64,000 bases of DNA from sequence record NZ_CP024444.1; one strand, given 5' to 3'. The stretch is from a plasmid. The first letter of the stretch is position 1, and every line of letters begins with the position of its first letter. This document shows positions 51,314 to 61,204 of this stretch, piece after piece. A program made the position numbers and the translations under genes. Below the pieces are notes generated by a model. The model did no database searches and had not been told where the DNA came from. It saw nothing but the letters and a program-made list of their open reading frames with translations.

Positions 51314-52141
51314 TTAGCTGACTTGTTTTTGTCCCTGAAAGATGCTCACGCCCATACCGACATCGTCATGTTTTTGTTGATATAAGCCGTCTTTAAATTG
51401 GTAGTCTTTTTCATACGAATGGTAGAAAGCACAGGCGATTTCGAGTATTTCATATTTATGCCAACGCCAAAACGATAAGGCTTCATCGCCCATATTCTCA
51501 ATTTGCTCTGCGTTAAAGTCTTTCCATTGTTTGATGGTATGACACTGGCATCCAATACGGATGGTATCGGCACAAATAAAAATTGGCCAGTTGTAATGAT
51601 ACAAAAACATCACCTTAAAAGGAAATAAGGCGGTCATGATGTTTGTTCCCCAAAAAATAGCGTAGCGGATGTCTGCTTGCTGAAAGTCGGCACAGCTAAT
51701 AGTGGCGTTAAAAAAATTGGTTGCTAGTAAATCTGCCTTATCAAAACTTGCTTGCACAAGACTTGCGCCCGTGAATTGGGCATACTGACAGTTGGCATCA
51801 TGAAAATTACTAAAATTAAAATTGGCATGACTGGCATGAATGCTTTTGAGATTGGCGTGTTTAAAGCGTCCCTTCAGTAGCGTTGCGCTAGTAAAATTAG
51901 CCCCTTGTAAATCAGCGTTTTCAAAATTGACATGATTTAACGTCGCCTTATCAAAACGCGCATACTGTAAATTGCATCCGCTAAAATTGGCATTGGTTAA
52001 GTCCATGCCGATAAAGTCAGCACCTTGTAAATTGGCACCGCTAAAATCATGCCCCACAAGACTGTCGCCCTCGATGGTTGCAAGGATGGCTTTTGATTTG
52101 AAGGAATTATGCGTAAGGTAGCTTTGAATTTCGATGGTCAT
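51314..52141 (-). CDS. pentapeptide-repeat protein with C-terminal Cys module (RIGCQCHTIKQWKDF)
   Basis: 275 aa paralog. Confidence 0.85.
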   Translation of the reverse strand: MTIEIQSYLTHNSFKSKAILATIEGDSLVGHDFSGANLQGADFIGMDLTNANFSGCNLQYARFDKATLNHVNFENADLQGANFTSATLLKGRFKHANLKSIHASHANFNFSNFHDANCQYAQFTGASLVQASFDKADLLATNFFNATISCADFQQADIRYAIFWGTNIMTALFPFKVMFLYHYNWPIFICADTIRIGCQCHTIKQWKDFNAEQIENMGDEALSFWRWHKYEILEIACAFYHSYEKDYQFKDGLYQQKHDDVGMGVSIFQGQKQVS

Positions 52142-52446
52142 ACTTTTATCCTTTTGGTTGGGTGTTGGAATTGAGCCTTTCTCGTTTCCATGATGCTATT
52201 ATAACGGTTTTAGCGTGTTTAATATAGCTGTTTAACCGTGTTTTTACTCATTTTCCGACGAACGGTAAAACCGTTTTTAGGTTGGCTGGCACGTTTCCCC
52301 GTACTTAATGACCCTTGTACTAGCCATATCTTGAGATATGTACTAGCCATATCTTGAGATAGCCGATCGGCACCGACTGCCGTTTGTTAGCCATCAGCCA
52401 CAAAAAAGCATGGTGTGGTTACCATGCTTGGGCATATCAAGTCATC

Positions 52447-53445
52447 TTAGCGTGGGACGGCTTCAACTACCCTTAATCGGGCATTGTACAGCAAAAGCGA
52501 CTGCTGACTATCTACTTTTAAATAACCGTTGACGTGTTTGGCAATACAAGCAATCTCACTGCCTAAAAATGCATTGGTGATTGGATTGTTTAGGCTGTCA
52601 TAGGCAATACAGCGCAGTTTAATGGCGTTGCCTTGTTTGCTGATGTTCTCGCCTACTTGGGTGATTTGGTAGTATTGGCTCGGGTTGGTGTTGTTAAACC
52701 GTTCAAGTCTTACAATACTACCGACACCGATATCTAGCATATTTTCCGGTTGTTGGTTGTTGTAAAGAAATAATTTGGCGGTTTCACAAAAACCATAGAG
52801 TTTGCTCATGACGTCTAAAATGCTATTAAGTCCATAGCTTAAATACATACTGTTGTCGCCATACAGCGCATAGCCTTGTGAATAGCTTTCTTTGGTGGGC
52901 GTGGTGCAAGCAAATAGCATGATGGTATCATTGGCATAACTGCCGATAAGTTCAGCTTGCGTATTTTGAAAATACTGCTTGGTGAATGCTAAACGTGGGG
53001 CATGCAGTGGGTGAGCTTGGCTTTGCTCGCTCACCTGGTTGTTTTGTGCCAAGTTGCGCACGTCTTTACTGGCGTTTTCATACGCAAATTGAAAGCATCC
53101 GATTGCGCTTAAATCATCACATTTGATACGCAACAGGGCAATTTCTTCGCTCAAAAAGCGGTGATTTTTTTGTAGCTCGGTACAATCGATTAAATACTCG
53201 CCATTGATGGGTTGTACGGTGTAAAAATCTTCTTCCCCCACGACATTACTACGCTCAAGGGTTGTGATAGGCTGTAACAAGGTGGGCGTGGTGACAAAAC
53301 CGGATGCAGTTTTTTCGATGGTGGCACGGTGCTGTTTCTCAAGCTTGAATAACTGCTTAATGAGTGCCGAATGATTATCGCTTGCCATGACAAGACGCAT
53401 GACTTGTTCAGGGGTGATAGGGGCTTGGGTGCTATGGCTTGGCAT
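52447..53445 (-). CDS. unknown-function protein, paralog family member 4
   Basis: 333 aa after moving the start to the MPSHSTQ Met at 53445. Blocks DTIMLFACTTPTKESYSQGYALYG and IKLRCIAYDSLNNPI. Confidence 0.65.
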   Translation of the reverse strand: MPSHSTQAPITPEQVMRLVMASDNHSALIKQLFKLEKQHRATIEKTASGFVTTPTLLQPITTLERSNVVGEEDFYTVQPINGEYLIDCTELQKNHRFLSEEIALLRIKCDDLSAIGCFQFAYENASKDVRNLAQNNQVSEQSQAHPLHAPRLAFTKQYFQNTQAELIGSYANDTIMLFACTTPTKESYSQGYALYGDNSMYLSYGLNSILDVMSKLYGFCETAKLFLYNNQQPENMLDIGVGSIVRLERFNNTNPSQYYQITQVGENISKQGNAIKLRCIAYDSLNNPITNAFLGSEIACIAKHVNGYLKVDSQQSLLLYNARLRVVEAVPR

Positions 53446-53754
53446 AATCTTTTTCCTTTTGGTTGGGGTCGGATGTGAGCCTATCTCACAATCCATGTGC
53501 TTATAATAACGCTTTAACCGTGTATAATAAAGCGGTATTAGCGTTTTTCTACCCATTTTCCGATGAACGGTAAAAGCGTTTTTAAAGTCGGCTGGCACGT
53601 TTCCCTGTACTTTAGGGGGTTTACCTGATTTAGTGATAGCTTGGGCTAATACTGGGTTAGTAGGCTTGGTCGCAGCGGTATGCCAATCGGCATTAAAAGC
53701 TTGGGCAACAAAAAACCCATGCACTGGCACGGGTTTGTTTGGGTGGGCGTGGGG

Positions 53755-53874
53755 TTACATTCTGGCACAGCGAAACACATAATAAATCACGGCAATGAAT
53801 AATACCAAAACAACGTTGCTGTCAAATAAAGACATAATGGCATTAAAGGCTTCGAGTTGTGATGAATATTGCAT
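53755..53874 (-). CDS. small hydrophobic peptide (39 aa) MQYSSQLEAFNAIMSLFDSNVVLVLFIAVIYYVFRCARM
   Basis: Unannotated ORF with its own conserved module (53878-54010). C-terminal TM helix. Confidence 0.3.
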   Translation of the reverse strand: MQYSSQLEAFNAIMSLFDSNVVLVLFIAVIYYVFRCARM

Positions 53875-54210
53875 ATTTTTTCCTTTTGGGTTGGGTGTAG
53901 GAATTGAGCCTTTCTCGTTTCCATGATGCTATTATAACGGTTTAACCGTGTATAATCAAGCGGTATTAGCGTGTATCTATGGTTTTCCGACGAACGGTAA
54001 AACCGTTTTATCGGGCAAATCCTAGCCCGACCGCCCTAAAATTCATGTTATTTACTTGCGTTAGTGATAGTTTGACTTAGGGTGCACCAGCCACAGATGC
54101 ACTAGCCGCGCCTGTTGCCCAGCTTGCCAGCAAAAAAACCACCAACCGATTTGGCGGTCAGTGGTCGGGCAGAATTTACTAGCTTGGATAGCCGCTAAAA
54201 TTGCCTGTGC

Positions 54211-55224
54211 TTAGTGTGCGTTAGGCTCATACTTGGCAAGTTCAGTAATGCCACCAAGCGTACTGCCAGCAAATGGCATTAGGTAGCAAGCAATATAGCC
54301 TTCACGATATAGGTGGACATACGCATTCATTTTGGGCGAAATCATACTATTTTTAACAGGCAGGGATTTGTCGTCATGCAAGATAGCGCGTAGGGTTATC
54401 ATAACGGCTTGTTTGTTTAATGTGGGACTTACCTCTACCACCCGGTAGTAACGATAACAGCGGATGTTGAGATTGCGAAAATCTTCAAAAATATCACCCA
54501 CCTGTACCAGCTTTTGAAATGGCGCATTTTCAATAATCACCGCAGCTGCGATGACTTGGTACAATCGGCACATGACGGTAAAACAATGTTGCAACCCACT
54601 AAAAAACTCGATGCCATCAGCATGGCATAGGGTGAAACCAGGGTAATCATGATTGGCGGTCATAAATACCATAATCGATCCATCCAAATAGCTACCCACC
54701 AAATTGGTAACATTCATATTTTGCGCTGAAAAATAACGTTCAGCAATTTTTAGTCGTCCATCATGCAAGGTATCTAGCACCGACGTCACTTCGCTGGCAT
54801 GATTGTTCTGAATTGCCATTATGGTTGCATCATACGCCTTGTTATACGCATCTTTAAACTCTTGGATGGCGTTATGGTCGGTTTCTTTCACATATTTTTT
54901 AGCCTGTGCCAACGACTCAAAGTAACGATACGGTTTAGAGTCGATGCGACTTATTGAGTACATATACGCTCGCCAGTCCGTCTTGCCCATCCATTGTTTT
55001 TTAATGTTGTCACGGTTTAGGGTGAATGGTGGCAGTAATAACGTACCGCTACAGACATAATCACTCCCCTGTTTGGTAAGATTGTAATCATACGCTTGGG
55101 TGGCACTTTGCAAGTCTTCAATCAATTCATCATGGTTGCGACTGGAAAATAAAGCGACACACAGGTCAACTAAGGTAGCAAAACCTTTGGTGGTTGCCGC
55201 GGCTTGGGCAATGGCAGTAGACAT
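54211..55224 (-). CDS. unknown-function protein, paralog family member 5
   Basis: 338 aa after moving the start to the MSTAIAQ Met at 55224. Blocks SGTLLLPPFTL, GSIMVFMTANHDYPGFTLCHADGIEFFSGL and GDIFEDFRNL. Confidence 0.65.
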   Translation of the reverse strand: MSTAIAQAAATTKGFATLVDLCVALFSSRNHDELIEDLQSATQAYDYNLTKQGSDYVCSGTLLLPPFTLNRDNIKKQWMGKTDWRAYMYSISRIDSKPYRYFESLAQAKKYVKETDHNAIQEFKDAYNKAYDATIMAIQNNHASEVTSVLDTLHDGRLKIAERYFSAQNMNVTNLVGSYLDGSIMVFMTANHDYPGFTLCHADGIEFFSGLQHCFTVMCRLYQVIAAAVIIENAPFQKLVQVGDIFEDFRNLNIRCYRYYRVVEVSPTLNKQAVMITLRAILHDDKSLPVKNSMISPKMNAYVHLYREGYIACYLMPFAGSTLGGITELAKYEPNAH

Positions 55225-55588
55225 AATTTTTATCCTTTTGGTCGGGGTCGGACGCAAGCCTATCTCGCTATCCATATAGCTATAATAACGGTTTAACCGT
55301 GTATAATCAAGCGGTTTAACCGTGTTTTTACCCGTTTTCCGATAAACGGTAAAACCGTTTTTCGGGTCGGCTGACACGTTCCCCCGTACTTTAGGATGCT
55401 TTTTTTGATGTAGTAATAACTTGGTTTAGATCGGTTCACTCGCCCATCGACGACAACTTGCCAGCAACAGGCAATAAAAAACCCACTGTCATGTGACAGT
55501 GGGGGGATTTTCCCAACCACGAGAAAACTAGAAAATTCGGTAATATTTAGCTTGCCAGCATCGCCAGCTGTGGACTTATCGCTTCAAT

Positions 55589-55978
55589 TTAGTTAAACGC
55601 TTGGGCAATCTTAGTGCCACGGGTGTTAATTTCTTGTTCGATGTCGCTAACTATCTTGGTAATTGATACATTGCCACCGTTATTAAAGACACGCAGATTG
55701 TCTTTTAACTCGTCGAAACTACTTTCAATATAAAATTTGCCATCTTGCCAAGCGATGTCAATGTTGAACGCTTTATTGCCAACAATCACCAAAACGTGCG
55801 ATTTATAACGCCCTGTACGTGTCTTAACCGTTTTTCGCTCAATTTTAAATACGACGTTCACATAACTGCCGTTTGGCAAACACACGGTAGAGTCAACCAG
55901 GTTTGGGTTATCAATGAGTTTACCCTTCACTTTGATTTTGCGTAGGCTGTCGATACTAAAAACTGGAATAGTTGACAT
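55589..55978 (-). CDS. hypothetical protein
   Basis: 130 aa after moving the start to the MSTIPVF Met at 55978. Confidence 0.55.
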   Translation of the reverse strand: MSTIPVFSIDSLRKIKVKGKLIDNPNLVDSTVCLPNGSYVNVVFKIERKTVKTRTGRYKSHVLVIVGNKAFNIDIAWQDGKFYIESSFDELKDNLRVFNNGGNVSITKIVSDIEQEINTRGTKIAQAFN

Positions 55979-56234
55979 ACATTTTCCTGTGGGTTGGGTG
56001 CCGGAATTGAGCCTATCTCGTTTCCATGATGTTATTATAACGGTTTTAGCGTGTAAATGCAAGCGGTTTAACCGTTTATTTAATAATATTTAGTACGCCA
56101 GCTCATTGACGTATCAAGCATGGATTGATAACACCCGTATTTACTAGGTCAGTATGATAATTAATTGCGTTACCACCATGCCAAAAATTAAAAGGACTGC
56201 AATAGCAGTCCTAGTGTTTGATTAGATGCGATGA

Positions 56235-56753
56235 CTATAACGACATGCCGAGTGCATCATGTACGCTGTTAGTGATGATTTTCATCATGTCGGGGTTTTT
56301 GCTAATTTCTCTTAGGATGTTGCTAACCATGGTTTCCTGTAAATCGATTTCAGGATGCTCACCATCATATAAGATAAATTGCAAATCGGCATCATTTTGC
56401 AAGGCTTCAGGGATTTCAAAACGGATGATATTGTCTTCGTTTAACTCCACCATAGAAGTACCCACTGGAACATAGCTCAATTCATTGACGTCACGTAACA
56501 TATCGTCGATTAGCGAATTGGTAAGGTCTATGAATGGGATAAAATCAGGAAGGGCTTGTACACACGCCACAAAATGAATCTCTATACCTGACTCGGTGAC
56601 AAGGTTTAACTCCATAATACGACGGGCAATGACATGGTCAAAACCATACGGGCGTGCTTCAGGAATGATACCTTTAAAGCGAGTGTAGCTGTCAATTGAC
56701 GTCACAGTCAGTTTGGCGTTGCTTAAATTGTCGATGATGTCTTGGATAGTCAT
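56235..56753 (-). CDS. hypothetical protein
   Basis: 172 aa. Conserved module at 56757-56905. Confidence 0.6.
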   Translation of the reverse strand: MTIQDIIDNLSNAKLTVTSIDSYTRFKGIIPEARPYGFDHVIARRIMELNLVTESGIEIHFVACVQALPDFIPFIDLTNSLIDDMLRDVNELSYVPVGTSMVELNEDNIIRFEIPEALQNDADLQFILYDGEHPEIDLQETMVSNILREISKNPDMMKIITNSVHDALGMSL

Positions 56754-57053
56754 ATTTTTTCCTTTTGGTTGGGTGTAGGAATTGAGCCTTTCTCGTTTCC
56801 ATGTAGTTATAATAACGGTTTAACCGTGCATAGTCAAGCGGTTTAACCGTGTTTTTACCCATTTTCCGACGAACGGTAAAAGCGTTTTTCGGGTCGGCTG
56901 GCACGTTTCCCCATACGTTACGATGCTTTTTTTGCATTAGTGATAACTTGATATAGGATGTTGCCGAGCGTACCCATAAGGCATGCCAAACCTACCTGTC
57001 AAAGCAAAAAACCCTAGTCTTTGGCTAGGGTCTTAATTGTGGGGTTTAAGTGC

Positions 57054-57428
57054 TTAGGCGGCATTTAGGTAGGTTGCATAGATTTGGCTTAAGGTGGTTG
57101 GCTTAAAGTCTAAGTCAAGTTTCATGCTGTCGATTTCACAAAGTTCAACCAAGCTAATATAACCAAGCTCGCTAGGCCAATTGTGCAAACGCACTAAACC
57201 GAATGCTTGATATTGTGGCTCTTCCATGTCTTTTTCAGTGATGAACCAATGGCAAGTATAACCGTTTGGTGTTTCAACCATGTAATGCAAGTGTGCCACC
57301 GCTTCATCGCCTAGCCCGTCTTGCTCATAGGTTTTTGGCATGGTGTCAAAGATTTCGTCAATTTTGGCTTTTTGCTCTTCAGTCAGTGCGTTTAATTGGC
57401 GTGGTGGTACATAAGCTGAATTTTTCAT
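57054..57428 (-). CDS. hypothetical protein
   Basis: 125 aa after moving the start to the MKNSAYV Met at 57428. Confidence 0.55.
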   Translation of the reverse strand: MKNSAYVPPRQLNALTEEQKAKIDEIFDTMPKTYEQDGLGDEAVAHLHYMVETPNGYTCHWFITEKDMEEPQYQAFGLVRLHNWPSELGYISLVELCEIDSMKLDLDFKPTTLSQIYATYLNAA

Positions 57429-57718
57429 AATCTTTTCCTTTTGGGTTGGGTTTAGGAATTGAGCCTTTCTCGTTTCCATGTGCTTATAATAACGGTTTTA
57501 GCGTGTATAATCAAGCGGTTTTAGCGTTTATTTGATGATTTCCCGACGAACGGTAAAAGCGTTTTTTGGGAATGACTGACCTGTTCGCCCCATATGTCAG
57601 GGTGTTTTTTTTGCATTAGTGATGGCTTGATTTAGACCAGCTGGCTTACCGCCAAACGTTGGCGACAAAAAAACCTTGCAAGCTGTGCAAGCAAGGTCTT
57701 AATAATTTCACTGGCTGG

Positions 57719-58426
57719 CTAGAATGTTGACATTTTAGCAAAGGCAATCATGCGCTTTTTGTAGTCGTGCCAAAAATCCAGCGCGTCACTGCTCATTTTA
57801 TCAATGTCTTCATCGCTAAAGTTTTCCCATGTTTCGACAAGGTGGCATTGGCAACCAATTCTTAACATGCCATGGCGTGCGCTGACAAACCATTGATAGC
57901 CATATAGCATCATCACATCACCATCGATATGAGCATACTCTAGTCGTGAGCCGTTGAAGATGGTTGTATCAATATTGGTATTGTCCAATTTGGCATGTTT
58001 AAGCTCACAATCTGCCAAGCTAGTATGATGCAAATTTGCAAAGTCAAAATTAGCGATGCGTAGGTCGCAGTCGGTTATCAGGGCTTTGGTAAGGTTTGCT
58101 TGAAAGAAATTGGTTTCCATCAATTCGGCATGATGGGCGGATGCATGCAATAAATTGGCTTTGCTAAAGTCGGCATTACTGGCTTTGGCGTTGGTTAATG
58201 ATGCGCCCACCAAGTTTGCATTGCTAAAGTTTGCCCACTCGATACAACTATCATTGAACTGTGCGCCTGTTAAGTTTGCACCGCTAAAATTGGTCTTGCT
58301 TAAGTGCAAGTTACTTAAATTGGCATTTTGTAAGTCCAAGTTGCTTAAGTCTGCGCCTGCAAGCGTATCAAGCTCTAACGTGATAATTGGGTTGCCTGTG
58401 TTTTTATGCTCGATAGTAATCGCCAT
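57719..58426 (-). CDS. pentapeptide-repeat protein with C-terminal Cys module (RIGCQCHLVETWENF)
   Basis: 236 aa after moving the start to the MAITIEH Met at 58426. Confidence 0.85.
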   Translation of the reverse strand: MAITIEHKNTGNPIITLELDTLAGADLSNLDLQNANLSNLHLSKTNFSGANLTGAQFNDSCIEWANFSNANLVGASLTNAKASNADFSKANLLHASAHHAELMETNFFQANLTKALITDCDLRIANFDFANLHHTSLADCELKHAKLDNTNIDTTIFNGSRLEYAHIDGDVMMLYGYQWFVSARHGMLRIGCQCHLVETWENFSDEDIDKMSSDALDFWHDYKKRMIAFAKMSTF

Positions 58427-58720
58427 GATTTTTTTCCTTTTGGTTGGGTGTTGGAATTGAGCCTTTCTCGTTTCCATGTGCTTATAATAACGCTTTAACC
58501 GTGTATAATCAAGCGGTTTTAGCGTTTATTTGGGGGTTTTCCGACGAACGGTAAAACCGTTTTTAGACTCGGCTGGCATGTTTCCCCGTACCTAAGGGGG
58601 TTTATCTGATTTAGTGATAACTTGATGTAGTCCATCACGCTCGCCTGTCGACGACAACTTGCCAGCAGGCAATAAAAAACCCACCTAATGACAAGGTGGG
58701 TATTATCCGGTAGTAATCAA

Positions 58721-59335
58721 TTATTTGGCTTGGGTGGCTGCCACATAAAAATATGCGCCCTCTTTGCCGATATGGTGTCGAAACTGCTCACCAAAGCGTT
58801 TAACCGTGCTTTCGGTAATCGGGAATGCTTTGCCACGATGACTAAATGTTATGATTTTCTCGTCGATGTGTTGCGGTAGGTTTAATTCAGGGGCATCACT
58901 TAGCACAAATAGCATGCGTTCACGTTCAGCGGTGACGTGTTGTTTGGCTTGGTTGTATGACGCTTTTTTATCGGCATGGGCTTGCTTGTTTTTGGCGTTG
59001 CTGTCAATGAGTGTTTGTATTTGCTCACAGCTCACAGCACCGTTGTTGGTCGCAAGTTGGATAGCCGTGTTAATGGTCTTGGTATCAAACCAACCTTTTT
59101 GGATATGTTCATTCGCCCATTTAAAATAGTCTTGGGTGCGCTTGGTGTTGTTCATGTTATAGCGATTGCGATTGGCGATTTCTTTGTCGCGCATTCGAGA
59201 AATCACATTATTGGGCGCACCACTACCACGAAAATTTTCAATGAGCGCAGACACGTCACTACCAAAACGCCCATTATTCAATAGGTTGTTAATTTGAGTT
59301 TCCGACTCAAGGATATCTGATACAAAAGTATTCAT
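58721..59335 (-). CDS. hypothetical protein
   Basis: 204 aa. Its upstream module is truncated (UTR and RBS present, promoter half missing), so it is probably co-transcribed with ssb. Confidence 0.6.
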   Translation of the reverse strand: MNTFVSDILESETQINNLLNNGRFGSDVSALIENFRGSGAPNNVISRMRDKEIANRNRYNMNNTKRTQDYFKWANEHIQKGWFDTKTINTAIQLATNNGAVSCEQIQTLIDSNAKNKQAHADKKASYNQAKQHVTAERERMLFVLSDAPELNLPQHIDEKIITFSHRGKAFPITESTVKRFGEQFRHHIGKEGAYFYVAATQAK

Positions 59336-59422
59336 AAAAACGTTCCTTTTGGTTGGGGTTGGTTGCGAGCCTATCTCGTTTCCATAATGAAATTATAGCG
59401 GTTTAAGGGATTAAGTGCTTAC

Positions 59423-59917
59423 TTAAACTTTGGCTTTTGCCTTAACTAAAAAGGCTTCAGGGATGCCATCATCTTGTTGTACCATTGGTTGCTGATTAGC
59501 TTGTACCATTGGTTGGCTATTGGCAACAGGTTGGCTTGCATACTCATCTTGGTCAGGGAATGGGATATTGGGTCGTCCACCACCGCTACTGCCTAGCATT
59601 TGCAAAGAGTCGCCATAGATTTCAGTCACATAGCGTTCAATGTTGTTGCTGTCCGTGTATTTGCGGTTGCGTAGTTCACCCTCAATAAAAACGCCAGCAC
59701 CTTTTTTTAGGTAATTTTGGGCGATTTCTGCGAGTCGGTTGAACAACACCACGCGATGCCATTCGGTACGCTCTTTTTTCTCTTGGGTAGTCTTGTCTGT
59801 CCAAGTTTTCGTAGTAGCCATTGAAATGGTTGCGCACACGCCACCACTTGGCAATTGACGTACATCAGGGTCAGCACCTAAGTTGCCGATTAAAATTACT
59901 TTGTTTACACCTTTCAT
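59423..59917 (-). CDS. ssb: single-stranded DNA-binding protein (plasmid-type SSB)
   Basis: OB-fold N-terminus VNKVILIGNLGADPDVRQLPSGG...RVVLFNRLAE. A Gly/Pro/Gln-rich tail ends in an acidic DDGIPEAF-like motif. Start moved to the MKGVNKV Met at 59917. Confidence 0.88.
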   Translation of the reverse strand: MKGVNKVILIGNLGADPDVRQLPSGGVCATISMATTKTWTDKTTQEKKERTEWHRVVLFNRLAEIAQNYLKKGAGVFIEGELRNRKYTDSNNIERYVTEIYGDSLQMLGSSGGGRPNIPFPDQDEYASQPVANSQPMVQANQQPMVQQDDGIPEAFLVKAKAKV

Positions 59918-59920
59918 AAC

Positions 59921-60075
59921 CTTATCCTTTTTAAAGAGTGTTCTAAACCAAGTGAGCCTATCTCGTCTTGATGATTTCATTATAACGGTTTAACCGTGTA
60001 TAATCAAGCGGTTTAACCGTTTTTTATGATTTACCGATAAACGGTAATAGCGCGGATAAACGGTTTTCAAGGGTT
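59921..60075 (-). promoter_or_regulatory. conserved promoter/5'UTR/RBS module (ssb copy)
   Basis: Same module as the other units. Confidence 0.65.
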
Positions 60076-60244
60076 TGGACACGCGGCCCTACAGTTAATC
60101 GCTTTTTGCTTTTCACCTTTGCATTAGCGACCACTTGATATAGGTTGTTCCTGCCAGCGGTAGCCAAGCAACGGGGTGCTAAAAATGGCAATAAAAAAAC
60201 CCTAGTAAGCGTTAACTAGGGTTATTTCGTTATCCGGTGGTGGT

Positions 60245-61204
60245 TTAAGCTGCCAATTTGTCATCAATTGATGGTGATTGAGTCCGTAATACCGCATATC
60301 TTAGATTATTATTGACCGTAGCATGGGCTTCATAGCGTTTGTCTTCGCTGTTATAAGTCACAAAGCAAGGAATATCGCCTGTTAAGTATTTACCACGGAT
60401 TGGCGTGCCGTGGGCGTCAAAAGCAATACAGCGGATAGTAATTTCACCGCCTAGCTTGGTTGATAGCATATTAAGTTGGGTCACTTCAAAATAACGACGT
60501 GGTCTATCGCTATCATACTTAACGTTTTCAAAAATAGTGCCCAGCTCGATAGCATGAATTGGCTTGTCAACCTTGCGCAAATTATCAGATACCGCATAAT
60601 AAATAAATCGCATAGCTCGAAGAATTTTATTTAGCCCACTAAAAAACTCCATGCCGTTTTGGTGAAATACTACTAGCCCTGTCTTGCCCTGTTCATAGCA
60701 GGCAAACAACATGATATCACCGCCCATGTAGCAAGCCTCAAGCTCAACCTGTTGCGATTTCATGTGCTGACAAGCGAATTCATAACGGGCTTGGTAAAGT
60801 GGAAGATTTTTGCTGTTGGCATCGATTTGGTTATGCTCGGCAATGGCTCTGACGTTTTCGTGACTAATCACATCATAGCCCAGTGAAAAAATCTGCATGT
60901 TATTCCCATTCTTGATGAATTTTTTACAGTCTGCTAGTTTCCGCATACGCACTTTATAAGTGGGGTGATCAATTTGCGGTAAGCATAACGATGGGTCATC
61001 ACAAGTAATTTGCCATTCGCCATCATTATTTTTATGTATGGTGACCGCAGGGGTTAACAGGGTTGCGGCACAAGTGTACCCAACACCATCTTTTTTATTT
61101 TTAAAGACGTTGGGGTGTTTTTCACTTAGCGAATTTAACTGCTCATGTAGGTCATGATGGTTGGTGCTGGTAACCACTAATTTAACAATGTCTGAAAGTT
61201 GCAT
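60245..61204 (-). CDS. unknown-function protein, paralog family member 6
   Basis: 319 aa. Blocks AATLLTPAVTI, GDIMLFACYEQGKTGLVVFHQNGMEFFSGLNKIL and ITIRCIAFDAHGTPIRGKY. Confidence 0.7.
   Translation of the reverse strand: MQLSDIVKLVVTSTNHHDLHEQLNSLSEKHPNVFKNKKDGVGYTCAATLLTPAVTIHKNNDGEWQITCDDPSLCLPQIDHPTYKVRMRKLADCKKFIKNGNNMQIFSLGYDVISHENVRAIAEHNQIDANSKNLPLYQARYEFACQHMKSQQVELEACYMGGDIMLFACYEQGKTGLVVFHQNGMEFFSGLNKILRAMRFIYYAVSDNLRKVDKPIHAIELGTIFENVKYDSDRPRRYFEVTQLNMLSTKLGGEITIRCIAFDAHGTPIRGKYLTGDIPCFVTYNSEDKRYEAHATVNNNLRYAVLRTQSPSIDDKLAA

Noticed and set aside
52447-53730. ORF-track starts that extend far upstream (for example 52447-53730, 54211-55377, 57719-58477, 57054-57479, 55589-56062, 42612-43595 and 59423-59980), giving N-termini such as METRKAQF.. 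or MDSEIGLRPTPTKRIKIM..
   Set aside because: The extensions are translations of the conserved non-coding module. The same peptide reappears in front of unrelated genes. Real starts are the Met 6-8 nt after the conserved AAGGA RBS.
56692-56937. Short ORFs 56692-56937, 50007-50189, 47353-47595, 47385-47570, 55293-55520 and 63677-63862
   Set aside because: All lie entirely within copies of the conserved promoter/UTR module and translate to the same recurring peptide (…GKNTVKPLDYTRLNRYY…). They are not genes.
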